64,000 nt of DNA from contig CAJNYD010000133.1 in the NCBI GenBank assembly GCA_905331295.1, forward strand, positions 1-64,000, given 5' to 3'. The notes below the pieces were generated by a model. It did no database searches. It was given only the letters and a program-made list of their open reading frames with translations, and was not told where the DNA came from. The position numbers and the translations under genes were made by a program. Position 1 is the stretch's first letter. The number at the start of each line of letters is the position of its first letter. This DNA comes from Rotaria socialis (lineage: Eukaryota). Shown piece after piece: positions 23,861 to 37,696 of this stretch.

Positions 23861-26800
23861 ATTCGTGCAGTTTCCTAAAGCATCTTAAAAATAGGAAAAA
23901 TAATAAGATTATTGTTGAGTTAAATATTTCTTTTGTCTTATTCTAGCGTTTTGGATCTTCTTTCTTTCTTTGATTGATCTAATTGATTCGTTTGCTGAAC
24001 GAAACCATTCATGAATGACAAACAGATGGCGCTGCCTGTTTCAATTATATAACTTTTCGTGCTTAGTTCAATTGCAATAGAGAGTCACGCTCAGAAATCC
24101 ATCATAGTCATAGTTCTATGCAATCTACAATATATTTTACATTGCGTATCATGAACTTATTTAAAGCCGATATATCTATTTGCTGTGGCATCATGTCAAT
24201 TGATATTATTATCTATCTGGTACATAATATAATTTCATAATCTGGTCTATTATTGGAGGATGACGCAAATCAAAGATAGCCGTCTCCTACGATGAATCAA
24301 TAATTCATGCCATAGAAAAACATTTAGATGCCGAATATCTTGGCGCTAAAATTGAGCATCTCACCAATGCAAAAATACGTCGCAGGAGCCACTGTAATAC
24401 CATAGGCCACTTTGGACATGAGGTTCTAGGTGATCTATGGATGATATCGATGGATTCGTTTCTAGTTGAAAGAGAAATCTAATCACATGATACTCAATTG
24501 ACTGTGATACGATTTGAATGTTAGATGTTGTATCGATATCCAGAGAAGAATCATATATTGTATCTGGAAAGCCATTTATCAGACTAATCGATCTAGTTGT
24601 TAAGCTAATATCTTCTGGCGATAGTATACATATATAACTTACATTTTCTTTGATTCATCATGTACCGACTCCACTGAAAATAATCATTTATAGCATCAAA
24701 AATAAACACGAAGTTACACTCATATATCTGGTTTTGTATTTTTATTATCGTAATTTTCGTTGTTTAAAAGTATGATTCAAAGTATGAGTTCATTAAATCT
24801 TATTATAGAGTTGAATTAACTTCTGTAAGTACAAATAAATGCGTATACGACCTTTTCTTTAGTAGTTTATCATATTTTGGCATATTCTATCTAATCCATA
24901 TATGATAATAGTACTTGATAATCATAGCTTTTGCTTGTCAAGGAAAGAAAAGTATATAATTGTCAACATAATTTCCGAAAGAAAGAAAAAAAATAAGAAG
25001 TATATGCAAGTCAACACTTCATCTATCGATACGATCATTTTCAAGTACTTAATTCAATTTCCAGATATTCCTTTTTGATATCGAGTATTGAAACTAATAA
25101 CTCAGCTTTTTTCTCTATTCATTTATAGTAATAACATGATCTTTAAAGATGAAATCGGATCAAACAGATAAACACACAGCAATATCCAAGATACAAATAA
25201 AATATTACCTTGAGTTTTCTGTTTCTGGTAGCTTTTTGTTAGGTCTATTTTTTTGAGTAACAAATAGCCATGACAAAAAAAAAGAGATAGACTAGCGTTA
25301 ACATATAAAGAAGAAACAACAGCAAGGCCATAACCAAGACGCCTGTAGAAAGAAAACAAACCATGAAAACACTCATCGGGAAGATATTATGCATGGTATA
25401 GAAAACAACGATGGATCATCTAACATCAATGTATGGTTAATATTTGGGCTTCTGTGACAAAAATTTTTCTCTTCGTTTTATTGCATTACCATCAGTTTGA
25501 TGACACATTACTAACGACATTTCTTACTAATGGATTTCTCTTTGGATACTCTAAAGATTGTATCTTATATAGAAGTACATCATTCATCATAAAGTTATTT
25601 GAATATATAATGTATCCGTAATTTAGCGACCTCCATCAAATTGATATTTGTTTCAAATATATTGAATTAACTGAAAGGTTATTGTTGATAAATTGTGCGT
25701 GTTGATAAACATGTTTTTAATTGAATAATTTTTAATCATAGCAAATTATCTGATTAAAAATGACTCATTTCATTGGCTATTCAACCGATTTAGTCATTAT
25801 TCATTGAAGTTAATATTATTATTTGACATAATAGGACAGTTCTATTATGCAGGAGATGATTGATTTAGCTTTTTCCCTTTTGTTTTAATAAGAACAATAT
25901 TGAAAATTGATCAATATATTTTTCTATTCTTAACCCGAAAGAAAGACAACTCTTATCTATTTAGAATCAAAAAACTATTCTCGTTTTTTCTTTTTCCTTT
26001 AATTCTCACATAAAAACAAGTAGAATATTTTCTTCTTTTTTGCTGGTGTAAAACGTAGGTCGTAATATAAACAGATGTTTCTTATGCGTAGTTATTCGTT
26101 TGCACTCGTAGTAAACGGGATTGACCGTGCCGGAAGAGAATAGCAACGACGATAGACATATAAAGCAAGAGCGAACAAATCATATTGTCAATTTTTTCTT
26201 CCTATTCTCTTTGTCTGTCTCTGTCTCTCCCTTTCTCCTTTTCAGGGCAATACAAAAAAGACCGAAGCGAAAAGAAGAAAGAAGCAGCCTATAGTCCAAC
26301 ATCATTATCGGCGACACCGCCATACGCGAAGCTCTCACCATCTTGCTTCGTAATCAGATCACTTACACACACATATATTGTCTGCATCTTCTTCGTTGTC
26401 ATCACAACTTTATTTATTATTTCAAAATAATTGCTTCTTATTCATTTCTCTCTCTCTCTCTTTCTTTTTTTTCTCGCCTACTTACATTACTTTCATTTAT
26501 AAGTATTAACTTATCAACAGTATCCTCCCAACATCTCTCATCTCATCATAAATAAAATAAAAACATACAGAGACAGGTAAATGGCTATTATAAACGAAGA
26601 AAGAATATAGTTCAATCATAAAGATCATAAATAATAGTAATATGGTACAATTATTAAATGGAGCCTTTGGCATTCTGACCTTCTTGTCTATAAAGAAATG
26701 ACATTCATCTCATCTATTTTCTTGTTCTGGTGAACGTGAACTGGTATTTCTTGTAGAGATGGAAATACTTGTACGCATGTCCTATACAGAAGTAGTAAGA

Positions 26801-27122
26801 CGTTGTTATGAAGAACGAGTAAACAGACAGAGAATTGACGAGAGAGAAGCAAAAATGAAAAGGAAAGAAAAGAAGTGTGTATGTGTCTATGTGCACAACT
26901 AATCTTCTAGTAGCAGTTATCTCATACACAAAACTACATGTAGTCGAACTTTGTCATCATCATCATCATCCTTATTATTGTTATTATTATCATTATCTTT
27001 TCCCCATCATCAATTATACAATAGAATTGAATGAGTGAAAGAGAAAAGAAAATGAAGGTCAAAATCTGTGAGAAATCTCTAATTGATATTTTTATAGGTG
27101 CACATTTGCCTATAGTTACATG

Positions 27123-27159
27123 TACATATATTCATATATGCATATATATACATATATAT

Positions 27160-27190
<31 letters not shown>
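27123..27190. repeat. (TA)n/(CA)n microsatellite upstream of the Egalitarian-like coding region
   Basis: Seen directly. Confidence 0.85.
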
Positions 27191-27194
<4 letters not shown>

Positions 27195-27334
27195 TTGGCA
27201 AGTGTCATTAACTGAGAAGACCGTAGCATGATTCATTCATCCGTGACCAATTTAAGATTGTTGAATATGATTTGCCTATATATTCGTGTGAATCATTTTT
27301 TCTTCTCCTGTCGATTTGTTATTTGACAAGAAAC

Positions 27335-29912
27335 ATGTCGTCTTTATTGTTACAGGAGGAGGAGATGTTTTCATTGCCAACAACACCTAATATAACCACA
27401 TCATCATCATCTTTGTCGTCAACAACATCCGTTCCAATTCCTGTGGTATCTGCCGAGAAGACGCATGGAATAGCAATCGATGAGCCGTCGGTTAGTTTCT
27501 TCTTTTTTTAATTTTCTTATGTCTATCTATTTATTTATTTATTTATTTAATCAGGTGGCTCATCAAGCAATTCTGTTTATTCTTGATGTGCTCATCCGTA
27601 ACAATCAAGCCATGCCGATGGTGAAGCTTTACGATAGCTTCGCTGATCGAACATTTACACCTCAAATGTTGCGTGCTGTCGGCGGTAATGAGCAAGGATT
27701 ACAACAATTCTTGCTTCGGTATCCATCATTATTTACGGTAAATAATGATACCGTATCAGCAAATAGTGCAACACCAGTACGCACAATAAATCCAGCAAAA
27801 TCTCATCATAATAAAAGCAAATCAACGATTTCATCCGCCTCGATTGGCGAGGCGAATGAAATTGCTGGTGGAACAGAAACAAATACAACATTATCGAATA
27901 ATAATATTACAAATAATACTGAAACTATATGGGATGCTAAAACAATGCGTGAAATTGAACAAGAAGCAATAAATTTTTTTAAGAAACAATTATCAAAGCG
28001 TGAAGAAGAATGGTTACCCATTGTTAGTGTTGCTGGACATGCATCACAAGCATCTGCCGATGTACGAAAATATGTTGGACCACAAAATGAATTTAAAGTA
28101 TTTCTTTTACGTTATCCACATATTTTTCTTGTTCGCGATGAATTTTGTGGTCTTAAAGTAAGAAACTAGACAGCGAAGAGAAAAAAGTGATCAAGTAAAA
28201 ATTCATTTCATCAATTATTTAGGGTAAAGCAGACTTACCAGGTGTACTATTTCCACCTCCATCACCACCGCCAAAACGTCGTGTTACATTATCAAATAAT
28301 AATATGATGAATGTTAGCGGAAATAGTTTAATGTTAACACGTTCAACATCTTTTAAATCAGGTACACGACCATTAATTGGTAATACCAATATGAATATGA
28401 ATAATGGATCAATGCCAAGTACACCAACAAATAGTATAAATCCATCGATGTTACTATCGTCTTCATCACTATCATCATCATCGTCAACAACAGCAGCAAC
28501 AACAACAATGACGACGGCCATAACTCGAAATACACATCAACGTTTAACACCAAACGAAGTTAAAGCTGTGCATTATGTAATGCGTTCATTACATAAAAGT
28601 GGTCGTATTCTACTTCAAAATGTACCTGGATTAATCGCTCGTGCACCTGATCATCTTGCTCAATTGATTGGATTTACTCGAGATGATCTTATAACATTTT
28701 TTAAACGGCATAATGCCGTATTTCAATTACACATAGATGGTACGGTGAGTGTGAAATCGGAAGCGGCACGAACTTTATTAAATAAAAATGATAATCTTCA
28801 AACATCATCATCATCATCAACCGTAATAACACCATTATCACAAACTCAACCTCAATCTCAACAATCAACATCTATGACAGCATCGGGTGTTGTTATAAGA
28901 ATTTTTCCGAAATACGGAATTTTAAATATGGAAAATAATGAGCAAGTTTTTTTCGATATACAATCATGCCATTTTGAAACATTTAATGATCTTACATGTG
29001 TTCTTAATCCCGGCGATTCAATGAACTTTAATGCTATACTTGGTCCAAAAGAAGGTAAACAATACCTTTTTTTTTGTGTGTAAAGAGCACCATCTATTAT
29101 GGAAGCAAATATCTTTAGATTTGAAGTTTGCTTTCTTAATATTAATGAGTTCTAAATATAACTTTCTTTTTAAAAAGACATTTTTTATTATTGCTATTCG
29201 ATCGATTGACTATTGCCGATCGGGTTATAGAAAAATAAAATTAGTCTACTCAAGAATACTTCTATTGATTTCTATTTCTAAAGGTTCAACAAAGTGGAAA
29301 TCATTGAAAACTTGGCCACGTCAAAACAATCGTCCTGCTCAATTAATGACATCTATTTCATTAGCTAATTCAAATTCTTCAATACCTCATATTGTTCATT
29401 CGGCAAGTACAAATAATCTATCATCGATTACATTAAGTAATGGTGGTTATATATCACCTCCAGCATTGGATCATTACTCAACAAATCAACAACAACAACA
29501 TCAAAATTCTCAACCGTCTAACGGATATACACCTATTGATCAAGATCTAAATGCTTATCAAATGTCTAATGAAACAAACGGTGGACTCGATGAATCGATT
29601 GATAATAATAATAATAATAATAATAATTCAAATGGAAATCAATCTCCACCGATGACATTCATAAACTCCACCGGTTCTAATCGACATAGTCGTATTGGTT
29701 TACCAACGCTTGATGAAGAACAATGTCCACTGCCAAAAATGGCGGGTGGTCTCGACGCTGAAGTTCTCCGACGTAATCTAAAAAAAGTGGCACAACGTAA
29801 AAATGCAATATCCCTACGTGAACAAGCCGATGAAACAGGCCGATATGTCTCACAAGGTTGTCAAACAACATCAACAGGAGAAATTTTAGCTACAAATATA
29901 CATATCGAATAA
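27335..29912 (+). CDS. Egalitarian-like protein: three Egl-type winged-helix repeats, a cold-shock/OB-like domain and a C-terminal LC8-binding-like motif, 4 exons
   Basis: LFILDVL...FTPQMLRAVGGNEQGLQQFLLRYPSLF and EAINFFKKQL...SVAGHASQAS...FLLRYPHIF resemble the Egalitarian N-terminus. Also SGVVIRIFPKYGIL...VFFD...LNPGD and terminal GCQTTSTGEI. Exons 27335-27490, 27555-28157, 28224-29054, 29284-29912. Confidence 0.75.
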
Positions 29913-30259
29913 GAACGTTTTGCTTTCTTTTTTATGTAGTTAGCATGTGTGCTTTTGCATTTGAGTTCATCTCTTCTTTCTTTCGTTTTTCTCGCCTTTT
30001 TATGATCTGGCAATCTGTCTCGTTTTTCTTTTTTGCTTCTTTCTTGTTTTATATATAGAAGATATGTGAAGAGAGAAAACAAATTCTGATCAAGACTATA
30101 ACTACTTGTATTTTTCCTAATTCATCATCAAGGACATCGTACTCTGCTGCTTTTAAGCACGTCCACAAAATGTCATGTTCACTAGTCATTTCCGCTTTCA
30201 ACACTTAACAAACACTTCACTGCCTATAGAAGAGCATCGAACAAAGAAAAAAAAGAAAC

Positions 30260-32442
30260 ATGATGAATAATTACTCTATATGGTTTGTTATGTTTATATT
30301 GATTGCAAGTAGGTTTTTTTTTCGATGATTTCAAAGGCTTGTATTTTCACAAAAAAAATTTATCTACAGACGAAAATATTCATGCAAGTGATTTAGCAAA
30401 AAAATTATATGAAGATTTAATGCGTAATTATGATAAACGAGTAAATAAATGTTGATTGGAGAAGAAGAATAAAAGATCTAGTTAGATTGACCTTTCCTTT
30501 GATAGGTTCGTCCTGCGTATAATGCAATGGATGTTTTGAATGTAGCAATTAGTTTAAGTGTAACTCAATTGATTGATGTCGTAAGATTTGATATTGATTG
30601 TAATTAGCTGTGAATACTAGGAATATTTTTGCTAATTTGAGGACGAAAAAAGTCAAATAATGACAACAAATGTATGGCTGAAACATGTAAGATATGTTTA
30701 TTTTGAAAGAAAATACATTCTTATTAATGCATCAATAGGAATGGTTTGATTATCGATTGAGATGGGATCCAAGTATGTATGAGAATATTTGTATAATGTA
30801 TATTGCATCGGAAGAATTATGGTTACCTGATATTGCTTTGGTATGTGTTTTTTGTTTTGTTTAACAAAAGTAATTGTGAGTTTTTTTCAATGCTTTTATT
30901 TTCTATATATTCAAGTATAATAATGCTGATGGAGACTATCAAGTAAAATTAAAGAGTAGGGCTTTATTTCATTATGATTAATTTGAAGAAATATTTTCTT
31001 TGTGATTAGCAAAAGCGTCAGTGTACCCATCGGGGGCTATTATATGGGAACCTCCGATGATATTTAAAAGTAGTTGTCCTATTAATGTTCAATATTTTCC
31101 ATTTGGTAAGTAAATGATAGAATTTCATTTTTATTTCAAAGGAGAAATTCTGTCATGATTAATCTAATAAAGACAAAAAATTAGGCCATTTACTTGAGAA
31201 AATAATTTAAATATAAGAATTTGAATAGTGTCGTAGAGTACATCGTACGTTTCGTCATCAGAAACAAAATTAATGTCAGAGAGAGAGAGAGAGAGAGAGA
31301 GTATGGAACTACTTGAAATCAAAATATGTCAATCTTTAAAAATATTTAGATGAACAAATCTGTTCGCTTAAATTTGGTTCATGGACGTAAGTAAAAATAT
31401 CTTTCTTTCTTTCTTCTATCTCTTTTATATCTACAAAATTCTTCTATAGACACGATGGAAACCAATTAAATCTCTCACATATTGTTTATGATAACATTGA
31501 AATGGCCGATTCACTTGATAATGATCGTTCTCAAGGAATATTTTTTCGTAATTATTATCCCAACGGTGAATGGGAAATTATTCGTGCGCCAGCTAGACGT
31601 AATCAAAAAAGATATACTTGCTGTTTACAACCCTATTATGATGTCACCTATGCACTTGTATTAAAGCGTAAAACATTATTTTATATTGTTCATTTAATAA
31701 TTCCTTGTGTTGGTATATCATTATTAACATTGATTGTCTTCTACTTGCCGAGTCAATCGGGCGAAAAAATTGTCCTGTGTATCAGTATTGAATTAGCCTT
31801 GACAGTTTTCTTCCCGTTACTCGCTGACTTAATTCCATCAACATCTATAATGGTACCTCTGCTAGGAAAATATTTACTGTTTATAATGGTTCTAGTAGCA
31901 CTATCAATATTTAATACAATAATTACTCTTGCATTATACTATCGAGAACAAAATAATAAAAAATCAATGCCAAAATGGATGAAACATTTATTTGTTCAAG
32001 TTTTATCACCATTATTATTTATATCATCATCAAAACAACATGAAATTAAGAAAACAAGACAAAATAAAACAAAAATTCTCATGAAAATACCACGAGATAA
32101 TACGTTTGATAGTATTTTTTCAATTATGTTAGAAAAAATACTTCATTTAGGTGAACTTGAATTAATTTTTACAAAATTTAATCGAACTGTAACAAGAAAC
32201 AAAGTAGAAAATTGATAAATCATTATTTTCAAATTTTATTTCGATTTATTTAGAATGCTCATGATTGGCAACATGTTGCTTTAGTATTCGATCGTATTCT
32301 ATTGATTATTTTTACTACTGCATCACTAACTGGTACTATAATTATATTAGCACAAAGAACTCCAAATGTTATTTCAACAATCGATTTAAATAATCTTAAT
32401 CAAGGTGTTTTTAATGAGTGTGATTATAAACATAAACATTGA
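30260..32442 (+). CDS. Nicotinic acetylcholine receptor alpha-type subunit, multi-exon
   Basis: Signal peptide, WLPDIALYNNADG, Cys-loop [15 protein letters not shown], loop [10 protein letters not shown]1 LIIPC, SGEK-M2, and M4 [11 protein letters not shown]. Confidence 0.92.
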
Positions 32443-32815
32443 GTAAATTTTTAATCAAGAAAATTAATGATCTATCTAGACTTTGATATTATTATAGCAT
32501 GAGTTTTATTTATTTCATAGAAACTATGTACAGTGAGTATCACTAATATCAATGGCTCGGACGTCGTACCTATCAATGTTATTCAGTTATTTTCGTTGTC
32601 AAATAAGTATGAATAACTTGTTCACCATTGCAGTGATACAATATTTTGAATAATAATATAGAAGCTTGCGAAATTTTTATATGGATTTCTTTTTGCCATT
32701 GTAAATATTTATTGAAAATCTTTCGTGAACTTTCATACAAAATATATTTCTTCATAGATGTGTATCATTAAATAATTTTTTCTTGTTCTCAAACTACTTG
32801 AAGTTAAACTGAACT

Positions 32816-34479
32816 TCATTCACGATTCTTAAACTTGCTCAATGCTCTAGATAAAACACTTTTTCGTTGATCTCCTTTAGATTTATTATTGTCACCATTT
32901 GTAGTCGTTGTTGATACAGTACTTATGGGGCGTTGTGTTGCAGGATTCCTTTGCAAATAATCATCAAGTATTTGAACCAATAAAGTAGCTTCTTTGTTCA
33001 TGCTCATAATATCAAGGAAAGTTGTATGAGACATGTTTTCTACTGGTTGATTATTTACTTTTTGTATAACATCATTTTTTTGAAGGCCAGATTGTGCAGC
33101 TGGACTATTAGGTTCGATAGCGGTAACAAGATAGTACATATGATTATATTTTACATCAAAACCAAAAGAGTTCAAGTTCGGTGCACGCTTCAAATGTATT
33201 TCGCGTAGCCATGGAGTATTTGTCAATGGTGGTTGTTCGCTAGGATCTGTAGGTCCTGCTTGTCTGTTAGGTGCCACTGGCCTTGGTTGTTGTTGTTGAC
33301 GATACACTGGTCCTGGTTCGCTAGGATCTGTAGGTCCTGCTTGTCTGTTAAGTGTCACTGTCCTTGGTTGTTGTTGTTGAGAATACACTGACCCGGGTTG
33401 TTGCTGTTGAGAAAATTCTGGTCCTGATTGATTTCCAAGAAAACTCACTCGATTAACTTTAGCTATTAAGAAGATGAATTCATAAATTAACAAAATAAAT
33501 TTTAAACAAACCTGTTTCCCCTGGACCAGGTTCTGGATTTTTTATTATAGGCGGAGTAATTGGTAAAGAATTGGTTGTTGGAGAATTACTAGGTTCGTTG
33601 GCGTTTGCTGCTAGTGGATTGCGTAGAATTAAATTAGATAAACCTCTACTAGGGGTAACTTGCTGTTGAGGTGGTGTTTGAATGTTTTCTTGTGGTTTCT
33701 GGTCTATTGGTGTTTGAATGTTTTCTTTTGGTTTCTGGTCTGTTGGTGTTTGAATGTTTTCTTTTGGTTTCTGGTCTATTGGTGTTTGAATGTTTTCTTT
33801 TGGTTTCTGGTCTATTGGTGTTTGAATTTTTTCTTTTGGTTTCTGGTCTATTGGTGTTTGAATTTTTTCTTTTGTTTCATTGTGTCGGTCTGTGTTACGA
33901 AGAGTAGGTTGAAATGAGTTTCGATCAGATAGTAATACAAATTCATAGGGATTCCCTGAGGGTGCACGAACAATTTGTAAATTTTCTGCAGAAAACAGTG
34001 ATTTAATATAGCTGAATAAATATCAAGATAAATTTTATAAATAATTAAAAGTAAACTCTATACTTTTCAAGATTTTGATCAAGACCATGACTTTGCGTTG
34101 GTGCATCATATCGATATTTATTATTATTATTAGTAGTAGTAGTAGTAGTAGTAGTAGTTTTATTATTATTAAAATCAATCATTGATGGTTTATCAATTAA
34201 ATCATATATATTCGACGATTGAATAGACAATGTTAAACGTTGAGCTCTTTTTGCTATATTTGATACCGTTTCTTTTGGATTCGTTGACATTTTTGATACC
34301 ATTTGTCCATTGACAGAAATAATACGATCACCTGCATGTACATTAGCCTCTGCTGCTGGTGAATGAGGTTCTATTGTAATTATATAAACACCAAAAGGAT
34401 AATCCTCACCGATATATAAACCAAAACTTTGTTGATCGGAGCGTTTATGAAGAACAACTGTATATTCTGATGGTTCCAT
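32816..34479 (-). CDS. Two-PDZ scaffold protein with a repetitive disordered linker, 3 exons
   Basis: PDZ1 (SFGLYI...SPAAEANVHAGDRIISVNG) and PDZ2 (SFGFDV...SPAAQSGLQKNDVIQKVNN). Exon 2 is in frame through the tandem repeat. Confidence 0.85.
33672..33880 (-). repeat. 36-bp coding tandem repeat, about 6 copies (IQTPIDQKPKE[K/N])
   Basis: GGTGTTTGAAT recurs every 36 bp. A separate 81-bp duplication lies at about 33236-33400. Confidence 0.9.
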
Positions 34480-35183
34480 TATTTAGTTTCTGTATTTTTT
34501 CTCTCAAGGTAGCAAAATATTGTGTTGATGATATATTTGGTTAAGTGACTATTATGCAATGCACGCATCATTGCTTGCATCGTTTGTTTATTTTGTTCTT
34601 CACTTCTTTTTATAGCTTGACATAAAAACGAATGATAATGCACTAGATTCATTCAGATCAATAAAGCTATGCAAATGATTTAACACACGCGAAGAAATTT
34701 TTTTTTTTACTGCTGATTTAGGTAATCAAATAAGTATTGTATGATATTAATCATAGAGAAAAGTATAGAAATCAAAGGTAAAATACAAGTGATTAATTGA
34801 GAAAAAAGAAAAAAAATGCTTTACTACTTGAACGTAACTAATCATTAACAAGATATTTCGAACAGTCATCTGAATGATTAATTTTCGTGTAAAAAGTCCG
34901 TTGAGACAGATTGCACTATATAAGATAATACGGTCAGCGGCTCATTGCGAATTCGTCACAATAAATAAAGCGATTTATTAAGATTAGCAAGATATTGAGA
35001 ATTCATATCCAAAGCATTAGAGAATTAACATAATCAGCATGAATATAATGGTCTAGTTTAATTATAACTGATAGAATAAAAATTAATTTTTTATCAAGAT
35101 AGTCTTTCGTTCGTTTTATATTTATTATGGAAATAAAACTGAGCGACAGATCGACGCCTAGATATGAACATAAAAGAAAAAAG

Positions 35184-35653
35184 CTATTGAACATCAGTTG
35201 CTTGTAAGACGATCATTGTGTATTCTTTTTCTAAACGAATAAAAAAAATTGGTGAACATAAATAATCGAGATTTTTCGTTTTATGTACGCACCAGGAGCA
35301 ACAAGAATTTCATGTTTTTTTGTACGCATACGAAAAAAGACAAGTTCATTTGATGGATCGATTTCGCGAATGGTCGAACGAGCTTTATCAGACAAAGATT
35401 TTATTAGTGCTGCATATTGTTGAGTTAATGATGCGTCCAAATTTGAACGAATTGGAATACCTAAAGAAAAATACACAAATCAATGAATTTCAATGATTTT
35501 ATTTTAGTCTTAAACTTACCATCATTATTAATAATTAAATAACCTTGAACACCTTTGTGTTCTTGAATTCGTTTTAATGTATCATCAACCTCTGCCTGAA
35601 ATATGAAAAAGATATATGAATTTTTAAAATAATTTTTTCAGAACCTGTGTCAT
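35184..35653 (-). CDS. DYNLRB: Dynein light chain roadblock-type, copy 1
   Basis: [21 protein letters not shown]...GIPIRS...[41 protein letters not shown]. Confidence 0.92.
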
Positions 35654-35799
35654 TTGAAATAAAAATTCAAATCTAGAAAAAAATGAAAAACTCGTGTATA
35701 AATTGAGTCATTATTTATGAGATTATAATCATCATTTTTGAAAAAAAAACAGACGGACGGCAAAATAAGGCGAAAATTAAGAAAAAAAGATATAAAAGT

Positions 35800-36237
35800 T
35801 TATGATTGTTCGTGAGCTTGTAAAACAATGGTCAAATAATCTTTATCTAAATAGAAGAAGATAAATTTTATCTATTTTTTAATGATTTTACCAGGTGCAA
35901 CAAGAATTTCTTGTTTTTTCGTACGAATACGTAAAAATGTTAAATCATTTTGTGGATCTAAATCTCGAACACAACTTTTCGCTTTATCCGAAAGTGTTCG
36001 GATGAGACTTGTCAATGACATTGTTGTTGAATTATCAATAGTTGAACGAACAAAACTACCTGTTTATTAGCAACAAAAACAAGAAAATACTTTTTTCGTT
36101 TTAGTAAAATTTCATAGTAAAATACCATCATTGCTTGTTAAAATAAAACCTTGGACTCCTTTATGAGTTTGAATTCGTTTTATTGTCTCTTCAATCTCAG
36201 CTTGTTGAGTCGATGCTAATGTTGATGTTGAAGACAT
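35800..36237 (-). CDS. DYNLRB: Dynein light chain roadblock-type, copy 2 (tandem paralog)
   Basis: [18 protein letters not shown]...[41 protein letters not shown]. Confidence 0.92.
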
Positions 36238-37696
36238 GATTTTCTTTATGACAGTTGGTGCACACGCAAACACTGACACTCAACTAACAGAAAAATGATA
36301 GACTAATGGAAACTATGACGACTGTTTTGCTATTTACGGGATGTCAGTGACACCATGGAGAAAAATCGTCAGAGAGGTTAAGAGAGCACGTGAATGGCAA
36401 AATCTGAACCAATCATAAAAAATTATTTTTACGACTAATAATATAATAATATAATAGTGAAGACTTGTCGATATATTTCTTACAAGCGAGAGAAAAAATT
36501 AAGTGCAAAAGCAATTTTTATGAGAAATACGCTAATTAAAGATAGAGTCGGTCAGGATTTAACTATCGGAACAGATAATTTCTGAGAAAAAAATGCCAAT
36601 AGTGAACATTTCATTGTCACAATAGCTTTGTTCTTGTTATTTTGAAAGCAGCGAATCTTTTATTGACGTTAATTAAGATACTCAATAGAATATCTGTTAA
36701 ATTGATTTATTATGTTAATATTAATAAGATGCATGTATGCTGGCAATAATATGACTTTTTAATAGTGCTGCAAATAATTAATCTTATCAGTCAGCGAGTA
36801 GATAAATTACATATGACACACATAATTAATGATATTGAACACGAATATTGTGTTTTAGTAGATATACTTTAAAAAACAACAGTTTAATAGAATAGCAATG
36901 AGTGCATATGTATATGGGATCAACTTTTTTTTGTTTGCTCCTGATCTCAGTCTTACATGAAGATAGTGATGACAATTTTTACTTGTTTCGTTCATTTCTG
37001 ACTTCTTGTTGAACAGGTTTGTTTTCATGAGAATAAAGCGTTCGCTGCTTTTTATATATCATTGAATTTGACGTAATTGGTTTTATTACTTTTTTTCTGT
37101 CGAGACTCATTAGTGTAGTTTTTTCATGTAATGTATACGATGAACACGAATAATGCAAGAGAAATAAAATACAATATGTACATAACACAAGTTAAGAGAT
37201 ATTGACAACAGCAATACGAAGCATTTTGTTTTAGTTTAATGCAGAAAAATGAGTGCATTTGTAATCTTTCTCATAACACCTCTCATATGCACTCACTATC
37301 ACTGTACCTAATCATATAACACGGTTCAATAATATCTAGGAAATTCCTACCTTGTGTTTTAGCGGCACCTGTCGTATGTACTGGTGTGTTAGAGACATAT
37401 TTTCTTCATTTTGATTCGTTATTATTAAATAACGAATGACCTTAACGAATTTTTTTTCGAACGAGTGAGGCAAGTACAGAACAGAATAAACTAGTTCAGG
37501 TTTTTGCATATTGTATATTGTATTGTCTTTTGTCTAAAAAGTCGTTCGCTCATTTTGTTTCGCTTTATTTTTCAATGAAATTTTTTTGTAGCATGTATAT
37601 ATACTCAAATATTGAAAGACATTGATATGAAGATTTTTGTTTTTATTGTTACTACCAACCTGACTTTTTTTCTCTTTAATTAATAAAAAATATTCA

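Noticed and set aside
24250..25620. Possible decayed membrane-transporter fragments
   Set aside because: No consistent frame or recognisable motif.
33660..33917. Plus-strand W/C/F-rich repetitive ORFs
   Set aside because: Antisense shadows of the 36-bp coding repeat in the PDZ gene.
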